A DNA stretch of 64,000 nt. Source: Glycera tridactyla (taxonomy: Eukaryota). A model generated the notes under the pieces. It had not been told where the DNA came from. It made no database searches and saw only the letters and a list, made by a program, of their open reading frames with translations. The DNA lies in contig OZ286464.1 in NCBI GenBank assembly GCA_965644265.1, forward strand, positions 91,946,001 through 92,010,000, written 5' to 3'. Shown one piece after another: positions 13,501-26,700 of the stretch; position 1 is the stretch's first letter, and every line of letters starts with the position of its first letter. The position numbers and the translations under genes are program-made.

Positions 13501-16500
13501 TGCAAACTGCTAGCTGTGCTTCACACGGGTCACAAGCGAAGACACTGAACTTACCGGCACCAGGCATGAGTCACGTGGACAGGGTCCATGTCCAGACAGC
13601 ATGCCTGGCATCACTCTATTCACTCCTCATTTGTATGTGTATATGTTCAGTGTTGCATCACTACAAGTCGTGACAAGGGTGATACATTGAACTCAAACCA
13701 ATCAATTTCTACTTACCAGATGCTACTCATCCTTGAGAGAAAGAACAGTAAAAAGCTAGACATCAACATTTGCATAATGGTGTGGTTTCATATCACATGT
13801 GTCAGATGAGATTGTCCTGTATGTACCTTACTACTGACGGTTTACCTTTTTTTGTGGCACCTGTTTTTCGCTCATAATTCTTTGAAATGTGCAACCCAGT
13901 AAGAAGTATCAATACCGCTACTCACGATGGATATTGTGGGTTGTATATCTCCTCAAATTTTGCCCTTTCTACCAATGTTTATGAGTGAAATAGTGAGTAA
14001 TGGAAGTGGCCCGGGCTTGTTTATCGCCGTGACGCAGCAGTCAAACATGCGATACTGTCAGTTGACCTGTGACCCTGATTATTACGTCATAATGCGATTC
14101 CCTGTGTCAGAACCGTCACGTGGGCATCATATAAGCATATGACAATGCACTGATCAACTATTGGCACTTAATTCATATGTTTGTCTTCGTGATATCAGGT
14201 ATTTCTGTTGAGTTCTCATTAGGTCATTGACAACTTCAAACAATGTTTATCAAACAAATATAGGCTTCGTAACTTTTGAAGAATGATCTGCGAAAAACAG
14301 GTGCCACAAAAAAGGCGAACCAACTGTAACTCCACACTCTACCCCTATATGGGTCAAATCATATCTGTGGTATAAAAGCAAGAAACCATATCTGTGGTAT
14401 AAAAGCAAGAAACCATATCTGCAAGATAATATTTCACCAATCATTGGCCCTCATATTGGATTGGTCACCCGCCATTTGACTTTAGAAATCTGACACAAAC
14501 ACACACCCAAACACACACACACACACAAACACAAACACACACACAGACATTCATATCTGAGGTGATGTTTTTGAAAGGTTGTTTGCAGTAGTTATTTTCC
14601 CACATGTTTCATCACATAACCAAACACGACAGTCATTCCGTTTGTAATACACCAACCAGAAAATATCCCACAAATTGGAGTCATCCAATGGCCATGATAT
14701 GCATAATGATAGAAACAAAATAAAAATAATACCAACAAAATAATAGCAATTATAATGATAGTGATTATAATAGTGTTTTATGAACCCATCAACCAAAAAT
14801 ATATGTATATATAAATGACCCTGATAATCAGAGTAATGATGATGATGATGATGATAATATATGAATAAAATGATAAATAATAATAATGAGAATAATGATT
14901 TATATTATTATTACCTTTGATGGCAGACCATGTTGGGATGTCATTTAGTTGGTCGCCATCAAAAGATTTGCAGCTGTACAAGAGCTTGAACTTCACTCAA
15001 CTACAATTAGCTACCCAGTAAAAGAGACGATGAATAATTCAGCTCATCTGGTATCAGAAACTTCACCCAACTCAGGAAACATTCAAACATTTCGTCTCAG
15101 AACTGTCACCACCAGTTCCTCATGACAGTGAATATCTGGATCAAAAACTATCCAGAAAGTATGCATCTAATACCACTGAACAGAATTATTGGATACTTAC
15201 GTTCCCATTGGAACCATGAATGGCTGGATGTACTCTGCAAGAAGTGAACAGTTGGTACTGAATAACAATCAATTTTCAATAATGCTATCATGTCAATTGG
15301 TCACATATCTTTACATCTACTTTTCGAAAACATTAGTATTTGTTTCTTATTCCTCCACTCAAGCCTTCTTTGATTTGCAAGAGTCGGAGGTAAACTTATC
15401 CAGGATACCTGGGAGTATATTTCTCTGGTTGCCACTGAAAAGAGTTCTGTCGGTAAGTGTCCCAATAACATTGATCGACATAGACAAAACATAGCAGAAT
15501 ACAATTTTAAATCTATACAAACACACATCTAGATTAAAGAATACAATGTAGAAATGATTGTAACTCCTGTATCAGACTTTTTAATTGTTCAGTCATGATG
15601 AAGTAATCGTGAATTATATTGACTACAGTCAGTTCACCTCCATTTGTTCCTGAGAACCAACAATTCTGTCCAAAGTTTGAAGAATTTTTGCCTGGAGATA
15701 GGTGTGACAAAAACCGTGAACTATTTGTTGTATCATGCCTCCTACTCAAATCTCCAACAATGGATGGTGAAGTGATGATTTCAGAAAATGGGGAAATACT
15801 CACTTTTCTTCTTCTCATCTGTAGGACAACTGAAATACACAACAAAAAATGATTATAATAGTGGGGTACTTCATGAAACAATCATTATACTAAAGAACCT
15901 TCCAATGGGGAATAATATACAGTCAAACCTCCTCTAACGACCACCTCCAGAGGGCGACCACCTCCTTATAACGACCACCTTTGACCGCGACGAACGTATT
16001 TTTCACTATAATTGTCTTCCATATAGCGACCACCTCCAACCTCCGACCAGCGACCGCCATGTTTGGTTCGCGGACCTCCTGATAACGACCACTCACGGTC
16101 GCCCGGCCAAACTCGAGACCGTGAAATGTGCTCAGATTCCGCTTGCTCGCCTCTCAGATCAACTCACTTCCCCCGCCTACAAGCTAGCAGCGGCCGGTCT
16201 CCCTCCTCCAACGACCGCCCGATCAAACTCGACACCGTGAAATGTGCTCAGATTCCGCTTGCTCGCCTCTCAGATCAACTCACTTCATATTTCTTCAAAT
16301 CATCTTTATAGAACGAAAGATGACCTTCTAGAACCATTAAAATCGTCTTCATGTTAAAAAAATTGCGAGTTTCGTTCATACATCCGGGTATCTTGGCTCT
16401 TTGTGATGTTTACAGTAATGGCCGCCACCTTGACATGTAGAGACGGAACACAACGTATTTTTCATCAGAACTTCTCTGTAGCGACCACCTCCCAATAACG

Positions 16501-19500
16501 ACCACTCTGATATGCGACCGAGGGTGGTCGTTATAGGGAGGTTCGACTGTATGTGTATTCAAGAGGAGCAATTCATAGTCAACACTGTCCTAAAACTGAC
16601 AAGCTGCTGAAGACAATCACATACTATTTCTAAATCTCTAAATCTCTTGCAACAATTTTTGCAGATGGAATAATGCCTTCCCACTTTTAACGCCTCATTC
16701 CCACCATCCCCATGTAAAATATCTACCTTATTCAAGTATTGGCTAAACATCAGTACTTATCAATCAATCAATCCGAATAATTTCCAATTAGTCAATTCTG
16801 AAAGTGAGACTGATTCCTAACACTAGACCTTCAACTGAAAGTATGAACAAACATATGTCGATGTTATTTGTATCATTGCTGCCTGTTAAGATAAAGATTT
16901 TGTCATAGCCAGTGGAGACTAGTGCTCAAACCCAGATGCAAAAGTGATGATCAAGTAATCAGACTTGGCAGTGAGTGATGATTGATCAAATATTCAAAGT
17001 TCAGACTCACCTGGCTGACAAAGCAATGCAGAAAGTTTGCTGTGAAATCATAGGTTTGTACCCGTATTCAGGGGCAATGGACGCCTTGAAAAATCATCAG
17101 TCTCACAGGGAATACTCTCCCTGTACTGGACATTATAGTCCTACATACCCTTTTGGTGTATTTTGAGCACTTGCTGAAATATTCAGCTTCAAAACTGGTG
17201 GTTTGTGAAATATCAAATCTATGCAAATGATATCAAGATTTTCTCCAGTTATATCATACAAGTACTGAAAATCCCCAAATATTTTATTGATTGTCAACTT
17301 CCATGACCGATTAATCGAATTGTACCTCTCGATGATGCAATAATAAATCTGATTGGGTAATTGTTGAGGTGCTAGTGGAGACTCACCAAGCAGCGAGGAG
17401 ACACATGAGGCAGCAGAGGAGGAAGAGAGCAGCAAGCAACAGGAGGATGATGATGATGATCGCCACCAGCACCGGGTACTGATCAAACCCATCCCAGAAC
17501 ACATACGTAGGCTGCAACATCACATTGGAGTAGTTAAACGTCACATCATCACCATCTGGGCTATATCGAGATGCCCATGGGATATGCAAGGGTGGAATCA
17601 TTCAAGACTCACCCTTCAAGGTCACCGATGGGAGGTGAAAGTTTATGAAATACACAGACACTCAAGGTGTGTACATCAAATTATAGATCATCAATCATAT
17701 GTACAACACATCTTTCATAATACACCTGTGTTAACAATTACCAAAAGTCAGCTGCAATTTAAGATTCTGTCTTTTCCTTTCACTGATGTACTCATCAACC
17801 TGTGAACTACGGTAGTCTCATAATTCCCTACTGACATATAACCAGCATAGATGAAGGTGATATAAAGTTGATACAGGTTGCAGCAGATATTAGGCTTTGG
17901 TCTGACTGTTTGGATATGTTATATTGTATAATGTATTTTTTGCCTGTTTGAATTAAAGGATATTTATGTTTATGTTTATTTCATTGAAAAGATCAAACAT
18001 CTTGAGAATAAACTTGTTGACCCAGCTTCATGGCACAATATTGAGATGTCCACTGATATTCTTGATCATACTATTGCAGGGAAATGAGGACATTTGGTCC
18101 AGTATTTACCTTGAGATCGGTGACAGCGAGTGCTCCAGTCCATGCGGCGCCATCATCAGTCTGAGGTGGCCACAGAAGCTCTATGGCATTATCTGGATCA
18201 TAGATGATACCGGTGTCTACCCGCACCACATGGATCAAAATATCCGTCCTGCAAACTCAAAATTATCTCCATCAGTGTCCAAAACATCTTGTCTTCAAAA
18301 GCCATCCTTGGTAGTAATAGTTGTCAATCAATCAAGAAGTCAATCTTTCAACAAAATACAATTACAACTAAAGTAGCCCCTGTTCCAAAAGATTTATGTG
18401 GAAACCAATACAGTGAAACCTGCATGTCACCTAAATGTAAAATCTAAATATCACCCAAATCAGTCTATCAAAACAGACGGTTTCTCATGACAGGTATATT
18501 TGAGTCTACTTTTGAACCAATCTACAAAGACAACCCCCAGTAGCATCAAAAGTGGCCATTGACGACAGCAGTAGGCCTCTGTAGAGAATTTATTTACAGT
18601 AAAACCTGCTATGGTGTAATCCTGTCCAAAGTGAATCCTGTCTACAGTGAAAAGAAAAATCTGACCCGAACAGTTTTTTTTTCACTATAATTGACCTGTA
18701 TATAGTGAAATCCTGTCTACAGTGAAAAGAAATATCTGGCCCGTGCCTTTTCACTATAGACAGGTTTTACTGTACTGTGGAAAATACTTTGGCAGCCACA
18801 GCTCACAGTGGCCTTCGTGAGCAGGTGGCCTTTCTAAAGAGGTGGTTTTTCAAGCAGGTTCTGATGCCCCATTGCTGCAAAAGCCTATTAACAACCCTTG
18901 TGGTCTCATGCTCTTTTGCAATAAACACATTTTCACATCATCTATGTTTGCATTTCACAACCGTATTTAACGCAGAAAAATTTGAATACCATTGTAAAAT
19001 GCAAAACATAGAAAATGTAAAAGCATAAGTGTCACTTGTTGTATATATGTGATCCTACATGTGAGACCCATCTTCCCATAATTATGGAAACATGCAGAAT
19101 GCACTGATATGTGCTGAATTATTACATATAGATTGTCCAGGAACTGTTCAATGAGCTACCCACCAGTCGGTGATGACGGTATATTCTCCATTGAGATGAT
19201 ATCTGATGTCGTTGAAGCAGACAGCACTTCCTGGAATCACCTGCTGCACCCATCTGTCAAAATAGATACATGTACATAAGATATAAGAAGCTATCCAAGC
19301 ATTCAGAATAGTCAATTTTCTCTGCACACAGCTATAAGCTTCACTTACTTTCGACAGTTTCGATGACAGCCTTGGGTATCTCCATCAGGACTGCTGCGCC
19401 ATTTGGTGGAACTTGACGCAGTTATGTTGTTGTCATTACTGTCCCTCACAGTTTTTCTCATTGCTTGTGTCCACCGTTGTGGTGGGAGAAATGATAGTTG

Positions 19501-22500
19501 TGCATCTTAATCGAAGACTCTCTCTCTCACTCATTTTTTTAACCGGTCTTCTTCTCTGTCTTCTATGGTCACCCCTGCCCAATCTATCACGTGGTTATTC
19601 TGGCAGATGTGATCGGTGATGGCTGACTTGTGAGTTACCGATATTGAGGTTTATCTCATTGCTCTTGTTTGTGTGTTAGGTGCCATCTTTTCTGCGTCTT
19701 TTTTGTGTCCAGCGTATTCCTAGCTGACAGCCTGTTTCTCCTACGTAACATTTTTTGCAGTTCTTACAGTCCACTTTGTACACTACGTCACATTTCTTCA
19801 ATGTGTCTACTTTGTCCTTAGGATGTACTAGGATGCTCCTGATTGTACGGTGTGGTTTTATGGCTACTGATATCTGGTGTTTCCTGTAGATGTGTTGGAG
19901 TTTTTCTGTTACTGCTTTGACGTACGGGAGTACCACCAGGCCCTTTGTTTTGTCTTTCTCTTCTTTCTATCTTTTTTCCACTGTCATCTACTGATATCTT
20001 TTTCCATGTCCTCTGCTGTTGTGCTTTCTTCATGGTCCACATAGCTGACACTGTCATCAAAACTGTTGAAAGTAAGTGGCTGTGTACAGAGAAAATCGAC
20101 CTGAAATGATCTCCAGCCAGATGACGTTATTCCATATCTGGTTCATGATGGAGAAAATCCAAGAAAATGACTTACGCGGTGATGTCAGGAAGCATGTGTC
20201 GTACTTCCTCTGGTGGCTTTGTGATGGTCAATGTCATCTCCTGCGCTGGCTCCGTCACCCAGATCTGCAACAAATCATCCAGAATATAACAACCTGCACT
20301 CATCTACACAGCAAGCACGCCTCAAATGCAGGAAATCAGATACTCTGGCACTTTCACCCCTTCTATAATGTATCAATATTTTTATTCACCATGTTCATGA
20401 TTTGTACTGGTCTCTTTGGTCTGGTAAGCAGGAGTCTTGTATGACCTTGTTGGATACATTCAATCTTCCAATCTGCAGATCACATATCCTAGGATATCAA
20501 CCGATTAAGATGGAGGAGATTCCTAAAATATTGAAGTTCCTTACAAACATATAAGAGTACAAGATTCCCGCAGATTTATTAAATCAAATTTGGTGAATTT
20601 CTGAAAATGTTCTCGCAGTGATGCAAGGTTTGACCTGATGAAAAATACTAAGTTGATATCGATGGTTCAGCGCAAAACTAGGCTAATTCCTTATATCTTC
20701 ATGGAAAGTTAGCCTAGTTTTGCCCTGAGCCATCAATATGTACACAATAGTTTTGGGGAATCTGAACACTCAAATTGGTTGGTTTATCAACTTTACAATT
20801 AAGATTAAGAGACTGTTTTTTCATGCCATTCTGGATGTTCCAATCAGAGGGTTAAGTAGACAAGCATAGAACGTACCCTGGCGTCAGTATCGCCCCACAG
20901 TCCGCCCATGTCAGCTGCACGGATGGCGAGGCTGAAGTAATGCTGCTCATATCCCGTCATCAGGGAGTTTGAGAAGATGGTGCCATTATTCTGGAAGATC
21001 TTGAACATGCCATCCTTGGCAGCCAGCTGGTTCTCTTCATCAATGGCTGTGGAGGTGATGGACCGGATGGAGTACTGCAGGTTGGCGTTCGCCACCGAGT
21101 CCTCATCCAAAGCTTGGATAGTTGTCACAGTGGTGGCAAATGGTGCCTCAACAGAGATACCTGATCAAAAATCAAGCATCATCTTCAATCTCAACATCAT
21201 TGCAAATAAAGAGATTACAGGTGTATTTGAGATTCAAGATTTTGCACTCCTTGGTTTCCGTGAATCATAATAAAGTTGAGCCTGCATGGCGCAACCTCTG
21301 TATCAGGCAACCACCTGTCTGAAGCATCCATTTGCTTCCCCGCTGGAGCATTCAATCTACAGTCAAATCTGTTCTGAGCATTCACTTGTCCGAAGCAGCT
21401 ACTTTTGAATTTCCAACCTGACATATTCTCATCTTAATTCACCTGCCCTAAGCAGCCACTTTTCGCATTCCTGAAAGGTGGCTACTTGGAACAGGTTTGA
21501 CTGTATCTAACCTGTAGTATACAACATCTGTATCAAATAACGACATTTTGTTCTTCTGGGGTTGATTGCCAAATACAGGTCTGAGTGTATCAAGAACAAT
21601 GTCTCTCAATAGAAAGCAATATCTATCTTTTCTTCATAAATTGTAACCAGACTCCTATAAAACTAGGTCACACAAAAAAGTGACAGTAAATAAACATGTC
21701 CTCAATGGAGTACAATTCGGATAGAATCAGAATTCAGTAACTTACATGCAATATACATATCCTGTGCAAATGTTGGTGGAGAATCGTTCATGTCGATGAC
21801 ATTGATGACGACTGTAACGAGTGACTTATCGAAGCAGCGGCAGTCTGGATTGGCGACTTCTGTGGTGGTTCCCGCCCTCACATTGACGGCTCTCACACTC
21901 AGCTCATACTGGGCTCGCGACTCGTGGTCCAGACTCCTGTTAGTGTAGATGCGGCCTGTCGTGTTCTCAATCCGGAAAGCCTCATCGCCATTGCCACCTG
22001 GTTAAGAAAATAAACAACTACAGTCAAACTTGTCCTAGGCAAGACTTGTACTTAGCAAGAACTTGCCCTAAGTAACAGGATTTTGTTTATCCCGCCGGAA
22101 TATTTTTCACTATAATTGACCTGTTCTGAGCATGAACTTGCTCTAAGCACACACATTTTTTACGTCCCGCAGCTTCATGCTTAGGACAAGTTTGACTGTA
22201 AGCTCAACAGCAAAGCTGTGTGGGCAACATCACTAATCCATCACATCAACAAGACTGCTCCAAGAATGATTAAAACATCAAGAATCTTCTCAACTAACCA
22301 TTCCCTTTTTAGCAAGAAACTTCTCTTTCTAAATCATACATGTTTCAGTCATCATCAATTAAAGAAATAATATTTTTTAAAGTTTCCAGCATCTTGCAAC
22401 TCATGAACTCATATCATCATACTTCCTGCAATGTAATGACTGAACATTGTTCACAGTCAATATATCAATCAACGAATTGCAATCAATTCAATTACCTATG

Positions 22501-23714
22501 TTTTGTTTGTTTATTTTGACTTGTTTTGACTGATCTCAGTCCAGTACCACTGTCAGAGCCTGAAGGTTCTGATCTTCCCAGTGCAGCTGTTAGCTATTTA
22601 TGGGTGAACACTGGGGAGCCCAGATCACTTGCGTAGTCTGTGACTATTGGTGTAGTGAATGCTTCACCCATGCCAGTAATGCATCCTCACACCCCGCTGT
22701 GGTCACCCATCCCATGACTAGCTGCAGCCACAGCTGTTCTACATTTGGGTCAAGTGTGAAGACGCTACCACTACACCATGCAGCTCCCCCTATGAATGTT
22801 TTATTTTGAGTGATAATCGTTTCAAGGGTAGAAAATGCGAACTTACCAACAATGAAGTATTGTATGACAGCATCGGGTCCTATGTCCTTGTCCGTGGCTT
22901 CTACTTGGCCGACATATTGGCTGGGTGGAAGGTTCTCGGAGATGTTGTAGGTGTATGGGATAGTACAGCAGTTCTGTCAACACAATACATCATCAGGCAC
23001 TGTCTATCAAGGAGCACCTCAAGATTGAGGATCTGTATTCAAGGAAAACTGCTCCTCCAACATGCAGTGCAACCTACTCAAGAGAACACCTCTATACACA
23101 GCCCACTCGCCTACAAAGACCACTCCTGCACCATTTTATTCAGTGAAGAAGGTTCAAAGTTAGTTGTGGATATCATCATGATCGTATACTGGCCCCACAG
23201 GTGCAAAACTCTATTTGAATGGAAAGATTTTAGGTTGGTTTCTTTATCATCATATGAGTTTCTGATTTCACTGATTGATATGCCCTTCTAAATGACGCAT
23301 ATAGCCATAAAAGATGGGTTTAAAGGGTGCATGCAGTCTATCAGATAACCTGTTTTAGGGCACACAACAAAGAAAAGTGGTACATGTAGACAGCTGAGAA
23401 ATCCCTGAATCTGTGCATATTGTGGTTTTCACACAGCAGCCTGCATGTAGTGCCAGGCGCCAAGAGTCAGCATCCCACTCACCTGATACTGGGGGAATTC
23501 TGGGTCATTGTCACCGATGTCTTCGATGAAGATGGTGAAATACCGCTGAGAGGACATCACTGGTATACCACTATCCCGTGCAACCAGGATCACCTGGTGA
23601 AGCAAAAAGATTTAGTCACTCAATAATATTCACATAATATTCATCACATAACAAAGACGAGTCATGGAGTGGATCAAGAGAAACTTTAGGAAATTGAGTG
23701 ACTGATTGATTGAC

Positions 23715-23765
<51 letters not shown>

Positions 23766-26700
23766 TTGATTGCAGATCAGCAGCACACAAAGTTGTGTTT
23801 TGTGATCCACAGGAGCTGAATGCTATGTGCCAAAGAGCATTTCATGACTCACCCTTAGAGATCAAGCAAACGCTCAATACAATTTCATTTTCACAGAAAT
23901 CAGTCAAATGGAATACCAGAGAACTTTTGCTGAAACCATTCCTTGATATCCTGATAGCTCTTTCTAGGTTTAACTTTACTCAGATCAGGACAAAATTGCA
24001 TCAGTTCAGGATGACAAATGAATCATTCAAGATTGCAACAAGTATGTAGTTTTCTTAAGCAAGTGAAGTACCCAAAAATGGGGGATTAAACGAAACTTAC
24101 CTGTAAGTTGATGTTTGGACCCCATTATGCAGCACTACGACAGCGAGAGTTAACGGGAGAGGGAGCCACTCGACCGGCACACGTCACACTTTAAATCCTA
24201 TAGCGAGCCCAACCTGAGCTCACCAGCGAGAGTAACCACTCGGGTGGGTCCAGGGAGGGCCCGTTAACTCTCGCTGTCGTAGTGCTGCATAATGGGGTCC
24301 AAACATCAACTTACAGGTAAGTTTCGTTTAATCCCCCATTATACAGCATACGACTACTCGGTTACCGGGAGACTTGAAAGCCCTTAGGTTGGCAAGCTTA
24401 CCTCAACAAGAACGGTCCGTACCCCGAACCGAACATCTGCTGGAAGCTCGTTCCATCAGCTTTCTCTCCACAGTCACATCAGTTCACAATCAAGGTCCAA
24501 TCATTCGTGACGACCAGCGCACACGATCAAATGATTCGTCTGATTAATCCTTTATGATCCAGACTATCCAATCAAGGAAAAGTGAACTCCAAACAGTGAA
24601 CCAACTTATGTACAGTTGAACGTAACTTCAAATCATTACACGAGTCATCAATTGTGGTGTACAGTAGGTGCAGGCTCCAAGACTGCGTTTGCAAACGCTC
24701 CATGTTCAATCACAGGCCGGCGATAATGCCTGGCGAAAGTACTTTCTGATCTCCAACCAGCAGCTGCCATGATAGTATTTAACGGCAGAGATCTCGCCGC
24801 TTTTGAGGTAGACGCAGCTCTGCTGCTGTGAGTCGCAAACTTAATAGTGTCAATCCCAGCTTTGGTCATAGCACTTTTGATCCAACGTTTCACAGTGTCT
24901 CTCGAAGCCTCACCATGAGGCTTGCGAAAAGTAAGAAAAAGGTGTCTCAAGCCACTAGGACGCAGCACACGAGTTCTGTCCAAATAAACATGCAAACACT
25001 TGAGAACACAAATATCATCGTCCTTCCGGTATCTCGGCAGGTGTACCACCACCCGGGCAGATTTTTTCTTGGTGGTTTTGATTCTCTCTGTAATCAGAAA
25101 GCAAGCGCAGTCTGAGGTCAAAGTCATGCTCTTGATGGATAACAGATGCAACGTCTGAGCCCGTTGGCCCGACACCAAAGCAGCCAAAGCTGCCAATTTC
25201 ATAGTCAAAGTTGGCAGGGGCAAGTCCCGATTTCTACCTAGGCCCTTGATGTACCTTAACAGCACATCCGGGTCCCACGTGTCCACATATCTAGGTCCAG
25301 TCGGGGCTGACATAGCCACACCATTCATGAATCTGTCCAGTAACCTTTGTGATCCCAGTTCACACTCAGCCAACGTCAATAAATTAACCACAGCTGCCTT
25401 GGCAGTGTTGACCGCACTGTATCCAAGCCCATCATCAACCAAGCTTTGCAAGAAGGCGATAACCACCCTCACAGTGGCTGCATACGGATCAGTGTCTGTT
25501 CTGTCACAAAACAGTCCCCACCGCCTGAGATATGACTTGTACTGCTCAACCGTTCCCTGGGACCAGCTGTTGATGACAATGGAGGCAGTCCTGTCCGGTA
25601 CCTGAGAGCGTCGCAGCGCCTCCCGGAAAGACACACCGCTATCAACCTCAGCTGGGGGAATAGCGGGTGCACCCTAAAAGGATCAAACGGCAAACGTAAA
25701 GTATACGGCCTACTAGGTACAATGATCGGGTCTGCTACCAGCATGGACAACAGTTTAGCAAACCATGCTTGAGTCGGCCAACATGGGACAATCATCAACG
25801 CCGACGCCTCATCCAGTTGCAACTTCTGCAGGATCCTCCCTATTATTGCAAATGGAGGGAATGCATACAGAGCACCCCCCCCCCCCCCCCCCCCAACTTA
25901 AGCTGAAAGCATCTACAGCTGCAGCACCTGGATCAGGCGTCCATGATACATAAGTGGGAACTTGGTTATTCAGGCGGCTGGCAAACATGTCAACATCAGG
26001 CCAGAACTGCAAGCGTTCACAAACAGCCTCAAATAGTTTGGGGTCAAGCTGCCATTCCGTACTATCACTAAACATCCGGCTACAGAAATCAGCCTCAACG
26101 TTGTCAACCCCAGCTATGTGTTGAGCCGACAGCCAAACGTCCGACTCTACAGCCCATTTCCAGATGTCTCTAGCCACCGCATCACTGACAGGGGACCTAC
26201 TGCCCCCCATCTCATTCACAAATGCTACTGTGGTCCTGTTATCCGACCTAACAAGGACATGATGGCCTTTCAGCTCCACATCAAACGACCTCAACCCATA
26301 CAACACAGCATATAGCTCCAACGTGTTGATATGGAGGCCCTGCTCTTCAAATTTCCACCTGCCACCTGTCGACACACCCAAGAGGTTGGCCCCCCACCCT
26401 TGCATGGAGGCATCAGTGAATAGAATCTTAGTGACCGGGGGTGGCGCCACAGGTCGGACACAATCTTTAGCCAAAGTCAGCCACCAATCAACCTCTGCCA
26501 TCGCAACAGGCGAGAGCTCAAACACACCATCAAGGTTTCCTGACAGTGACTTCATGGCCCTGACCTGCTCATACACCAACCTATGCTTGTGCAAATACGC
26601 AAATTTGACACCCAAACGGCAAGATTCACAGGTACCTACAAATGACATCACCTGCCGCACCGTGGGAAAACCTGTCAACAGTGGCACAGCTTTGATGCGC

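Noticed and set aside
17512-17601. N-terminal part of ORF 17383-17601 (MIPPLHIPWASRYSPDG...) as coding
   Set aside because: It is the dispersed 55-bp repeat also found at about 6680. The phase-consistent acceptor is at 17512-17513.
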